A stretch of DNA of 64,000 nucleotides from the NCBI GenBank assembly GCA_004022145.1, contig RCNU01000002.1. One strand, written 5' to 3'. Each line of letters starts with the position of its first letter. Positions within the stretch are counted from its first letter, which is position 1. The stretch is from Paecilomyces variotii (lineage: Eukaryota). This document shows, in pieces, positions 24,049 to 35,775 of the stretch. A program made the position numbers and the translations under genes. The notes beneath the pieces were generated by a model. The model saw only the letters and a program-made list of their open reading frames with translations, did no database searches and was not told the origin of the DNA.

Positions 24049-26169
24049 ATGAACGCTCGTCTGGAGCGGTACAATACTCATGTCTTGAAACAGTTGAGCA
24101 GTGACGGCAGCAACCGTTATGACGTCTTACTCGATAGGATACAGAACAGTCCTGCCATAGCATACACTGTTGCAACTCTGGTATTTCTGTACTTTATCCT
24201 GAACTATCTTAACGTCATACCTTTCTCGATCACCCACGGGCTCTGGAGCACTCTCGTCTATCTTATCCCGTCAAGGGTTATCTTCGCCTTGGACAAATCC
24301 GCCGGATCGGGCAGTACAACCACAGGGTCGGATGCGATGAGTCTGTCGAGTTTTCAAGCGAAGAGCGAAGCGATGCAGCGGGTCCTGGGTCTGGATAGCA
24401 ACACGTTATACTCGTTCTTCCCCCGCGCTCGATCCTTGTCTATTGGGAATGTCCTGCTTGGTGGGAAAGACCACATACCACCCGGGCTGGGAAACTGGGA
24501 TAATTCATGTTATCAAAACAGCATGATACAGGGAATGGCGTCGCTAAAGTCGCTTAAGGATTTTCTCGACCGGAACATGGAGGAGTTTGCGGAGCGAACG
24601 TTTCTCTCGACACATAAAGCCTTGAAAGATATCATAGGCCGCCTGAACGACCCTTCGAACTATGGGCAGAAGCTATGGATACCGCCTGATTTGAAATCAA
24701 TGAGTAGTTGGCAGCAGCAGGATGCGCAGGAATATTTCTCGAAGATCGTGGACCAGATAGACAGGGAAATTCTGCAAGCCTCAAAGGGGAGGACAAGGAA
24801 CTTTGGGTTAAAGGTTGCTGGGCCACAAGAGCATGTTGTTGGAATTTCTACACCGTCGCAAGACACTCAAGGTCAGGGCCAGGCCAATCAAGCAACCGAA
24901 CAGAATCCTTCCATGCGGAATCCTATGGAGGGTCTGCTTGCGCAACGAGTGGGCTGCATGAAGTGTGGCTGGACTGAGGGCCTCTCCCTGATCCCCTTTA
25001 ACTGTCTTACCGTTCCACTTGGAAGAAACTGGGAGTATGATATTCGGGATTGTCTGGATGAATACATGGCCCTTGAACCAATTGAAGGTGTCGAATGTGC
25101 CAAATGCACTTTACTGCGGACGCGGGAGCAACTTCGCCATTTGCTCGGCCAGATAGCCGAGGAGACGGAACTTGCGAATGGCTCCAGCTCACCTAAACTC
25201 TCAGATGCACTTAGGAGCTCTGCTGAGGCTAGATTGAAGGCGGTCGAAGAGGCTCTCGAATATGAAGATTTCTCTGAGAAGACTCTCCAAAAGAAATGCC
25301 ATATCCCTTCCAAAAGCCGAGTCTCCACAACGAAGTCAAGGCAGGCGGTTATTGCAAGGTCACCGAAGTGTCTTGTGATTCATGTTAACCGGAGCTTATT
25401 CGACGAGAACACGGGAGCTCTGAGGAAGAACTATGCGGAGGTTCGATTTCCCAAAACCCTCGACCTGGATGAGTGGTGTTTAGGCACGAGGACTGCGATT
25501 AAAGGAGAGGATGCTCCAGAACAATGGGTCACCAATCCCCGGGAGTCCATGCTTCCTCGGCCTGGATCTAGTGTGGAGGTGCTAGATAGACAGTATGAAT
25601 TACGTGCTGTCGTCACTCATTACGGCCGACACGAAAACGGCCATTACATCTGTTACAGGAAGTATCCAACTGACGCGTTCCCTGCCACTGTCCCCGAAAG
25701 TGTTCTCCAAGCAGATGGGGAGAAGGAACGGCCCGAACGTTGGTTCCGACTGAGCGATGATGACGTGCAAATGGTCAGTGAACGCAACGTGTTCTCACAG
25801 GGTGGAGTTTTTATGCTTTTCTACGAAGCCGTCGAATCTCCGACGCGGAATGCGGACGCTTCTCCTTCTTCGACGGTTGAACTGGACGAAAAGGAGCATG
25901 GATTGGCTACTCCGCGGAATGATGCCTCTGCCAGCGCACTCTCCATTCCGGCGATGTCTGACCAGGACGAATCTTCATCGAATGCATCAGGGTCTGTTGA
26001 CATGGGCATGTCGGTTGAGTCTCGAACGTCGACTAATTCTTCATCCCCATCACCTTCCGAGACATACGAACCTCATGTTCCCCCCTCTTCCTCTCTGTCT
26101 ACAGACAAGATGGCGAATGGCGAGGTAACGGTTATTGCCCCTTCGGCACCGTCAGCTTCAGCCTCTTGA
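24049..26169 (+). CDS. Ubiquitin-specific protease (C19) with N-terminal transmembrane segment (Ubp1/Ubp16/USP30-like), single exon
   Basis: Cys box PPGLGNWDNSCYQNS, QQDAQEYF, His box VVTHYGRHENGHYICYR, WFRLSDD. Hydrophobic segment IAYTVATLVFLYFILNYL. Confidence 0.93.
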   Translation: MNARLERYNTHVLKQLSSDGSNRYDVLLDRIQNSPAIAYTVATLVFLYFILNYLNVIPFSITHGLWSTLVYLIPSRVIFALDKSAGSGSTTTGSDAMSLSSFQAKSEAMQRVLGLDSNTLYSFFPRARSLSIGNVLLGGKDHIPPGLGNWDNSCYQNSMIQGMASLKSLKDFLDRNMEEFAERTFLSTHKALKDIIGRLNDPSNYGQKLWIPPDLKSMSSWQQQDAQEYFSKIVDQIDREILQASKGRTRNFGLKVAGPQEHVVGISTPSQDTQGQGQANQATEQNPSMRNPMEGLLAQRVGCMKCGWTEGLSLIPFNCLTVPLGRNWEYDIRDCLDEYMALEPIEGVECAKCTLLRTREQLRHLLGQIAEETELANGSSSPKLSDALRSSAEARLKAVEEALEYEDFSEKTLQKKCHIPSKSRVSTTKSRQAVIARSPKCLVIHVNRSLFDENTGALRKNYAEVRFPKTLDLDEWCLGTRTAIKGEDAPEQWVTNPRESMLPRPGSSVEVLDRQYELRAVVTHYGRHENGHYICYRKYPTDAFPATVPESVLQADGEKERPERWFRLSDDDVQMVSERNVFSQGGVFMLFYEAVESPTRNADASPSSTVELDEKEHGLATPRNDASASALSIPAMSDQDESSSNASGSVDMGMSVESRTSTNSSSPSPSETYEPHVPPSSSLSTDKMANGEVTVIAPSAPSASAS

Positions 26170-27444
26170 TATCTTCCGTGCGGCTATGCTGCTATGACTT
26201 TTGCCTCATATATCACATCCCAAGCATGATACCCGGGAGGATCAGCTCCCCCTGTATTCTTTTCTTATCATACTCTTTGCATTGGGTGATCACCACGCCA
26301 GGTCCGTCTCTGGAATCGGAGTATTTGGATACTATTTCTTCCTTTTTGGATGACTGCATTATTATCATCATCACACATGCGGAACGGCAATTACGTGGCC
26401 GCTTTACTTTCATTGGGAAAGGCAGTGGCTCGGTTGATTTTTCGGAGTAATTGGGACCATGTATAATTTATCCATAGCACAGATTAACTATCTATGTATA
26501 CCTACGCCATAAACAAGGGCAAGCTAGGATCCCGAAATTGGCCAGGGATAGGGGTCACCAACAAAGTCCTACGTTGTAGTTATCAGTTATTACATCTTCC
26601 TGCTGAGTAATGGTGGGTACAAAGACAAGGTATCTAAAAAAATAAACCTGATAGCAGATTGTTGGCGTTGATTGCTATGCTAGGTTGTCGGGACGTTGCT
26701 AGTAGCTTAATCATAACTATACCGTGGTTGCAGAAGGTATAGTCCAAAATGCAGGAACCTTTCCCTGAAGTAAATCATTTCAATGCTCTGCATCAACTCT
26801 CCATGGCCGAATTTTTTAGAATACCAATTAAACGAAGAGATCTTCTGAAGAACATCCTATTGTGGAGAATATAAGCTGCGCTTCTCAACTTCGTTCCTTC
26901 AATCCCATTCCTCGACCACCTCGAGAGCTAGTACCTCCGGGAATCAGCTGAAAATAGCATGCGTCGCTAGGTCGGTGCTCCTTGATCATTGCTGTATCCG
27001 CAACACAATCGCTCATGAAGAAGGCTTGAAAACTCATGAGCGGCCCTTCTCGACTTGGTTTTGGTATAAGTTTGATGAAATGACGTACTGGCGCACACCT
27101 AAGAGAAGTAGAAACTTCTGCTATAACCGTGGTTGATTAATAGATATTTTCTCTTTCTAAGCATAATACCGTATACTATGCAGTAGCGGTAATTATATCT
27201 AGTCTCTATTCTTAGTTGCGTGCAAACCGATCTCCCTTGTATATAAGTCAATTTTCCAAATAGTCGAAGACACCCGCGTATAGAAGAAAGTAAGATGGAA
27301 TATGCATAGATCACAGGATTCTAAACTGTCTTTTTCCGAACAACAAAACGAAAATCAACCGTCGCTAGTGTGTGAAGTCTATATCAAAATATGAAAGTGG
27401 ATATCCGAATGGAACAAAAATGAAAGTTGCTAGACTGTCAAAGG

Positions 27445-28642
27445 TCATTGCGATGTCGAGGTGCCTTGCGTCTCAGCCAGACTCTTGCCTGCACCACCCT
27501 TGAGATAGTCTTCGTGCTCGCCGACCAGCTTACCACCCTTAACCCAGCGTTCGCGATATGCTGTTTGACGCAGCTCCACGAGCTTGTTCAGCGCGGGCCA
27601 GTAGATGGAGTGATCATATTCGAATTCGACCTCGCCACCAACGGACTTTAGAAGCTGGGTTGGTGGAACATGACGACGTAGGTCTTCGTTGAACTTGAGT
27701 TTTTCTCTCGTGACGGGATCGAGGAAAGGGGAGATGACTTTGAAGAAGCCCCAGATCATGAACGGGACTAGAGACCATGCAGGTTAGCAGAGAAAGGAAG
27801 GCTAGGGTAACTGGGAGATGCAACTCACCATTCGTAACCAATGCCCGACCAAGTCTCTCCGGGTAATGGTTCTGGAGAATAGAAATCGTCTGCTTGCTCT
27901 GCCCGATCGTCGCATTCTGCCCAGACTTTGTCTCCTTGAAGTCAACCATCAACGCCAGGCTCTCCTGGCCTGGGGGCATGAGGTCGATCACGCGCTCGAG
28001 CATGAAGACCAGATGCTGAATTTGGCGATCGCTCTTTTCGGTGTTCTGTCTGGATGGCACGAGGTAGAGACATGGTCGCCCATTGATGTCATATCCAAGA
28101 ATGACTTGTTTTCCAGTTTCGTTCTCAGGTGAAATATAATCCGCCGTCAGCTTCTCGATTCCGTATTCGCGTCGCCAGGCGAGAGTTGAGCGAAGACGGG
28201 CAGTTGCATCATTGACGTTCCACTTGCACGCTCGCAGGTAGCGCAGCAGACATTCTCTGGTGAGGAACATGCGTTCATCCTCAGTAATCTGCTCAGTGGG
28301 CGCATTTTTGGCCGTCGTTGTCGGGACCGTTGTCCAGCTCGAGACCGTCTTCAGGACTGTTTCATACTTCGACTGTTGATCCGACGTCAGCTGTGGTGGC
28401 GGGGTTGGTCGCGCATCGTCTAGAGGACGGCCAAATGGTTTCTTAATGACCCCGTCGGCCGAGGACAATGGGAATTCTTTGGCGATCTGGTCCTCTACGG
28501 ACGCTTGCCGGGTTGTCGACTGCTGTCCCTGATCGCCTGCAGCAGGGGTTGGTTGCTCCGCCGGTAGGGCTGTAGACTCTGGGTTGGAGCTAATGGCAGC
28601 TGGAGGATTGGCATCGCCGGAAGGTTCTTGAGGAGCGGACAT
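27445..28642 (-). CDS. Sec14/CRAL-TRIO phosphatidylinositol transfer protein (Pdr16/Sfh3-like), 2 exons
   Basis: FLTRECLLRYLRA.KW, ENETGKQVILGYD, ILQNHYPERLGRA and FFKVISPFLDPVTREKLKF. Confidence 0.92.
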
Positions 28643-28647
28643 GATGG

Positions 28648-28682
<35 letters not shown>
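28648..28682. repeat. (ATA/TAT)n microsatellite, about 11 units, immediately 5' of the PDR16-like ATG
   Basis: Perfect ataataata... run. Confidence 0.95.
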
Positions 28683-28683
<1 letters not shown>

Positions 28684-28957
28684 GTTGAGAATGGATTCTA
28701 GAGAAAGCGCTCCGTATAAAAAGGACACGAGCGCCGTCCGATGTTGTTTTGCTGTCGTAATCACCAAAGATCGTCGGTCCCTGAATTCTCTCCCGCTGGT
28801 TCGTCACGTTCCGGAGGCCGAGATGACGCTGAGTCCGAGACGCTTTGCTTTTCTTAGAGTAGATACATATTTGGCGTCAGTTAATCAACTTAATCGTCAA
28901 CTCTAGTGAGTGTTAGTTAATCTAACTAGCCCGTCTTAGTGTCGACTCTGCACTGCC

Positions 28958-28997
28958 GGCGCGCGTTCTATCAGTCCCGACGCGTGGAGGCGCGTCT
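28958..28997. promoter_or_regulatory. MCB-like (ACGCGT/CGCG) cell-cycle elements upstream of POL12
   Basis: ACGCGT at 28980-28985, flanked by two GCGCGT variants, about 190 bp upstream of a DNA replication gene. Confidence 0.6.
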
Positions 28998-29173
28998 GGA
29001 GTCAATTAATTCCAACTCCGGTCATTATTTGGTAGTACTACCTAACTAACGATTATCGACTCGACGACACCACTTTGGAAGACTGCGTATTGCGCGCCAG
29101 GCGGCCTCATACTTACTTTGAAACCTCAGGTCCATACACTGCAGGAAATTGAGAGGCCTGTCCAGCCAGAAAT

Positions 29174-31317
29174 ATGGGAGATGTTGTCGACGAGCTCAAC
29201 GAGCTCTTCGCGTCCTCGTGCCCCAATGGACTGCCCAAGGATGTGCTCGCAGAACTACAGTCGATCTTGCGCGTGCATGCGATCTCCCCACAGGAACTGT
29301 TCTATAAATGGGAATCTTACAGTTTGAAGATGGGACCAGATGAGACGAAATTGAACCTCGATACGGTGCGCATGTTCAAACGGGATGTGCAGGACACATT
29401 GGAGAGAGAGACCAAAGGGAAGAATGCGCGGAACACAGAGAAGAGGGGCATAGTCACTGCTACGCCCCGTGGAACAGCCAATGCTGATATCTTTGGGATG
29501 TGGGTGGTGCACATTATGAATATAACGATATGAATCTAGCTGACAGCACCAAAGGCTAGATGAATTGACCCCAAACACACCTCATGGTCGCGGATCGGCG
29601 AAGCGCAAGTCGGATTTTGGTACTCCCTCATTATCGAAATCTGTCAAATCGGAAGTCAATGGATCGCCTCGCGATATTAAAACCCCTCAGAAAGCGACGA
29701 ACGGCATTACAAATGGACCACAGTATGTAGGAACGTTACTTACGCAGGAAGACATGGGATGCTGACAGGACCAGAACGGTACCTTTCTCTGAGCGCCAGA
29801 ATCCCGGAGAAGTCATCGAGACACTCAACGCCCATTTATCCATGCCAGACGCACCCATCGCTCCCTTTTCCGAACCGCGCATCAGGCCGACAGCGAATAC
29901 GGATATGAAAAAGTTTGGATACAAGCCCATGGCGATGCGTCTATCGGAAGCCTCAGAGATCCTTGATGACCGGATAGATGAGTTCATTTCTATCTTCCAA
30001 AAGCAATACGGCGATGAGGATGTAACTTTTGGAGATGCCGCAACTCAGAGTACAAGCGAAATCATTGCCGTGGGTCGAATCGCGTCGGACAGTCTGGAAG
30101 GAAAGCTGAACCCGGCCTCTCTCGTTCTCGAAACCTCCCGGCGAACAGGAGCAGGTTTGAGGGTGCCATTGAAGGTCGATTCGTTGCCAGTGCACTTCTT
30201 CCCAGGTGAAATCGTTGCTCTCAAGGGCATCAACGCATCTGGGCAGTACTTTTCTGTCAAAGAAGTCCTGCCAATTCCTTTACTTCCGCCAGCGGCCTCT
30301 ACACCTGCGGCGCTAGATGCAATAAATGAACGACTAGGAGGCAGCGAATCTGCCCAACCGCTGAATGTCCTGATCTCGTCGGGACCGTACACAGCGGATG
30401 ACAATCTCGAGTTCGAGCCCCTGAAGGAACTATGCCAGAAGGCTGCCGATCAGTGCGCAGACAGCTTGATCTTGATGGGGCCTTTCTTAGATATAGAACA
30501 CCCGCTGGTCGCGTCGGGAGACTTCGACCTTCCCGAAGTGAAAGGATATGATCCAGACACTGCAACCCTTGCAACCGTCTTCCGGCATTGCGTTACGGCT
30601 CCCCTGCAGCGACTTGTTGCAGCCATTCCCAGCGTTACTATCATCATGGTCCCCTCCGTACGGGATGCAGTGAGCAAGCATGTGTCCTGGCCACAGGAAC
30701 AACTCCCCAAAAAGGAGCTGGGTCTGCCCAAGCAGGTCCGTATGGTGTCGAACCCAGTCACTCTATCTCTCAATGAGACCGTCGTTGGGCTCTGTTCTCA
30801 TGACGTTTTGTACGAATTGAGAAGGGAGGAGGTACTCAGCGGTAGACCCAAGGAGGGTAATCTGCTGACCAGGTTGCCCAAATACCTGATCGAGCAGCGA
30901 CACTTTGCTCCCATTTTCCCTCCAACTTCGCGAGAACATCTGCCAAAATCGGGCGTGGAGGGTGGGCTGGCCACGGGGGCCATGTTGGATCTGAGCTACT
31001 TCAAACTCGGTGAATGGTGGAATGTTCGACCAGACGTGTTGATCACGCCTAGTCTACTCCCCCCGTTTGTCAAGGTAGGTCGTCTCACTAACAGACACGC
31101 TGCCGGTAACTAGTCACTAATATATGTATCTTTCATCCTACAGGTCGTCGATAGCGTCCTCGTCATCAATCCCGGCACCATATCAAAACGGAGAGCCGCC
31201 GGGACGTACGCCCAACTCGCCATTCATCCACGCACCATGACGGACGAAGAGCGCGAAGAGAAGCAGCTAGGCCACAAGATCTTCGAACGGGCCCGAGTTG
31301 ATGTAATCAGAATTTGA
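29174..31317 (+). CDS. POL12: DNA polymerase alpha-primase B subunit, 4 exons
   Basis: ELFYKWESYSLKMG, IAVGRIASDS, SGPYTADDNL, LILMGPFLD, PDVLITPS and VINPG. Confidence 0.96.
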
Positions 31318-31537
31318 TTTCTTTTGATAGTTACCTCCCATTATACGCATTATGGGGTAGGAGATGATTGGCGTTAGTTTGGATGTATTCGCAGGGCAGC
31401 TGCTCCGTGCATAGTTGATGTTTCCTTCTTGAAGTAACTAATGACACACAAAACCCCATCATGACCATACTGAACACCCAAACTCCATCGCTCAAACCCC
31501 AGAGTAAATAATAACGCCATGATACATAATCCACCAT

Positions 31538-32096
31538 CTACCTCAAACAAACCACCCTCCTCCCACCCATCAACGCCCCAGCCTGCTTCATCCTCCCCGG
31601 CTGATTCCAGCGCCTCGTCGTCTCCACACCGTTATTCGCACCAGCTCTCCCGCGTCCACTCACCAACTCCTCTAGCCCTAAATCCCTCCACACTGCCTCC
31701 CTCCTATTCTCCATAGCGCGCGTAATCCCAAACGCCGCATGCTGATCAGGGACGACATCATCCTCATCTTCCGGATTCAGAGGCTGATACTGCGGAAGCA
31801 CATAGATGTCTTCGATAGGCAAGAAAGACGGCACGGCCGTGGGACCCGAGGCCGTCGAGCCGTACGTTACGCCTGACGCGGCGTGCGGATGGTTATGTGA
31901 AGATTGCAGAGCGATGTTCGTGTAGAGAGAAGTGTGAGGGCGCGTGAAGTCTTCGAAGAAATCAGCCAGACGGGGCTGGTGCATGTGGATGTAGGTTGGG
32001 GAGGAATCTTTGGACTGTTTTTTTCACGAGGGGTTAGTTTTGCTTCTGTAGGTAGGGTGTTTTGGGTTGAAATTTGAGAGAGGAGAACTGTACCAT
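31538..32096 (-). CDS. APC13: Anaphase-promoting complex subunit Apc13/Swm1; first coding exon is ATG only, second exon begins at 32014
   Basis: M|SKDSSPTYIHMHQPRLADFFEDF and IYVLPQYQPLNPEDEDDVVPDQHAAFGI...WRDLGL. Confidence 0.85.
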
Positions 32097-33198
32097 TATG
32101 AGAGGATATGCGAATTAGGCGCGCTGGACAGTTCGATACAATATGATTCTGAGTAGATAAGAGAATTTGGAAAGCAGGACTACCTCGTCACTCGCTGCTT
32201 GCTGAACAATAATGAATGAGACGAGAGATGTGGAAGGTCGATCCCAGTGTTGTTGGAGTCCGATGAAGGTTTATGGAAACAAAGGAGACTTTGTGCTATA
32301 CCCACTTAGCTACAATCTCCAGAAGACACTCTACTGGAATAGATTCTGCAAAGTGTAGGTTCAAGCCAAGTGAAGGATTCCTCTTGCGCTGTATGATAGT
32401 AGCAAGCACATCGTATCGTAAACAGTTGCTGGTTCTGCCGTTCTTCCCCGCCTTCCAGACTTCGGCATGATTGCGATTCTGCCCATATGGGTCTCTACCG
32501 CCTTCCTGTGTCAGAATTAAGGTCTGCGTATTGTTTTCTTGATTGAAGCTTTTTACAAAGACGGGCAATAACTATACACTCATGGATACTCATCTAGGCT
32601 GACTTTTCCATGGACTTATTATCTGCTATCTTGGAAGGAATAATGACAACAAACTCTAAACGTATTCCAATCGCCTCGAAATATTTCGATTGAATCGACT
32701 ATCTACCGGTGATGATTAACTATGCGGAGGCCGCAACAGTAGCAAGTGAAGACCCATCCGGTTTTCTCTCCTTTCCGGGATTGTACTTCTTGAGTCCTTC
32801 AAATGGCGGCTGGCTACTTCTTCGTACCCTCCACATCAGGGCCGGTTCATTATTACCTAGGTCCTCCAAGATATATCCCCTAATCCCAGCCAGCGAAACA
32901 GCCTGGCTGCTAACTTTTCCGGTCCGCTGATAAGGAAATGCACAACCCGAAAATCCCAACGCCCTCTATGATCTGGCAAGGTGTAGTTCTGGCGGAATGG
33001 GGGTTCTGTCCTCGAAAGAGTACTCTACCCCCGATGGCGAATTAGTAGTGGTGAGACCGCAGCTTTCAGTGTGCTGTTCGCTGCGGGTTCCGAACTGCGC
33101 TGCCCCAGTAATTTGCGCGGTTATTGGGCTTTCCGGAGTATCATTTTTGCTAGCCCCTTCAGGGGCGAAGAGTGCTTTAAAGCGTACAAGCACCCAGT

Positions 33199-34958
33199 TC
33201 ACGAGTTGGTGCTCATCCGGTGCACGATTGGCACCGCGCTGGGTGGAAGACTGCCCATTTCTGTGATAACCATGTCCACGTACTCGGCCGGAGTAGCGTC
33301 GTATAGAATGTTGAGTAGTTGCAGGTTAGGTGTCTCCTTCCAATCCTTGAGCGGGGAGTGTGAAGTTTTGCTGAGAATTGAATTCGCGGAGTTCTCGATA
33401 TTGGCGCTGCCACTGTTCGATTTGCTGCCTTTCGCCTGCTTTGGTTCTGAGGGAGCACCCTTGGGGTCTGGAAGGCCAGTGACCTGCGTGGGTGGGTCGA
33501 CGGCCACCAGTTCATCCGCGTCCGCGATTTCGTTGACAACGATACTGTCCAAGGCCACACGGTCGGTGAACTTGACTGTCTCACAGCACACAATGACAGG
33601 GATCTCTGCACCGCCAGAACGCTCCTTGGCGGACATGGCAACGAGCGCTGTTCCCACACGCGAGTACAATCTTCCATTTCCAGTCATCGCGTGGGCACCC
33701 AGGAAGACTTTGGTGGCATCTTTGATGGCATGGCTGATACCGTGAGTGAGCGAATATTGCACCTCCAGTCCTGCATTCGCCAAGGCTCTGGCGAGGTTCT
33801 TGCCCTCAAACAAGGGGCGTGAGTCAATGATTGAAACACGGAACTTCTTGCCCTGCTCGTGAGCCGTGATAAGGGTCTGCTTTACGATCGAGCTTCCTGC
33901 AAATGTGACAATCACATCACCATCTTGAATCTTCTCGGCGGATTTACTGGCGATTACTTGATCTGCCAGAGTGATCTTCTCACGGATGAAGCTATCGATA
34001 AAGTCACATAGATTTGTCTTAGCCGTAGCCTCTGGGACCGCCGGGTCGATAGATGAGATTGACAGCTTCAACGCACGAATAGCATTTCCCTGGCTTATAG
34101 AGAGTGGACGGCAGGTAGATAGGTAGGTGATCTGATGAGATAGGTATGTCATCAGGTGACGAGCAAGAGATGTGCCCACAGGCGTAGTGTAGGATTCAAT
34201 CACCTGGGCACAGCATAGTCAGCAACGGCAAGGAAAAAGAAGAAAAGAAGTAACCACAGAGCTATACTCGGATGTCGAAAGGGTGGAATGAATAGAACTC
34301 GTAAACATACCCGTTTAAAGGCAAGCAGAGTCGCGACACATCGTGCACTGCTACCACAGATGACATAGTCCCTCATCTGCAAGCCCAGAGCTAGCACAGC
34401 GGGGTGAACTTCTTTTCCAGCACCAGCAATTGTGGTCCGCCTTTGCTGTCCATAAAGATGACCAAAGACAGCAACATTCTTATCTTCCTTCTTCGTTTCC
34501 GCGGCCGTAGCCTGGGCAGAACCCCGCCGAGGGGGTTGCAGTCTCTGGCCCTTCTGTAACTGTGAAGCTGCAGCGTCTTTCCCACCGGCAGACTGGCCCT
34601 TCTTTGGAGTAGCCTGTGCTTGTGATGGTGCGCCCGCACCACCCGCCTGCTCTCTCTCGAGCTTCTCCTTCGCTCGCCGGGCTGCCTTTTCGGCCTTCGC
34701 CCTTTTCTTCAGTTCCGCACCCGTGAGCTTTTCTGTACCGCCAACAGCCCCTCCATCCGCAGAGGCTTCTGCTGGCTTGGGCTGTTTTGCAGGCTTAGAT
34801 CCACCGTTCGTTTCTTTTGGCTTTGCAGAAGGCTGTTGTTGTTGTTGCTTTTCCTGCTTCACTTCCCCTGCCGGTTTTTGCTCGACGGGCGCAGCAGAGG
34901 CAGGGGCTGAGGCGACCGGAGGCGCAGAAGTTACCTCCGGGTCTGTAGAATTCGACAT
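33199..34958 (-). CDS. GCD2: Translation initiation factor eIF2B delta subunit, 2 exons
   Basis: VHPAVLALGLQM...GSSARC, CRPLSISQGNAIR, IIDSRPLFEG, LYSRVGTALVA, CCETVKF and YDATPAEYV. Confidence 0.96.
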
Positions 34959-35775
34959 GTCTGATAGAATCTGTAGAGAGATTGCTCGGACGTCGAGAGG
35001 GGCATTGGATGGTTCGGGGTATCGCGGTGGTTGCGGTTGTGGTTGTGGGGAGAGGACGGTTTGACTCACGCGGATATGATGCCACCAGCGGCAGAAGAAC
35101 GCTGCGAGCGACGCAGGGCCAAACGGCAGCGGCCAAAGCCCCATAGCTTACTCCTGCAGCGGTTGAGCCCTAACTGGTCTATCGGAGCGGGGAGTGGCTT
35201 GACATTTAATGATCGACTCTGCATCGCATGGAGTGCAGAACAGGAGGGGAGAATTTTTCAATTTTTGTTGTGATTCTATCAATGTTCTTGGGGTTGGGGG
35301 AATTTTTTTCTACTGTTTTAAACAGGTACATGATGCATGCCTGGTGTGAATTCCCTATTAGGCAGCAAATCACGCTGGCAATTCTCAGCCTCGCCGCCCT
35401 CTGGGATAACGAATTAGTATGCTTCGATGGAGGGCGGTGTCGATTCACCAGAAATAGAAAATTTGATTCAATCTCCATTGATGGAGCCGCCATTCATGCC
35501 AAAGGACAGAGAAGTTTGTACACAATAAGCCACATCGCCGGGGACAATCTCGATCAAATGACATCTCCATGAATCGGGTATTGATTAACAAACAATCAGA
35601 GCTTCCTCCATGACACCTTAAACCCATCCCAAGCATATTATCTACTATCAAGAGAAAACCAAACACCGTGAACCTGACTCCTGTGCTATCCCCAATGATC
35701 GTTGCTCGTACTGTTCCGTATCCGTCATATCAGTTCCCAACACGACACTGAGACGCATGGGCCAACATTGGGAAA

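Noticed and set aside
32250-33150. Short ORFs between APC13 and GCD2
   Set aside because: No family motifs or coherent splice structure; probably UTR or intergenic sequence.
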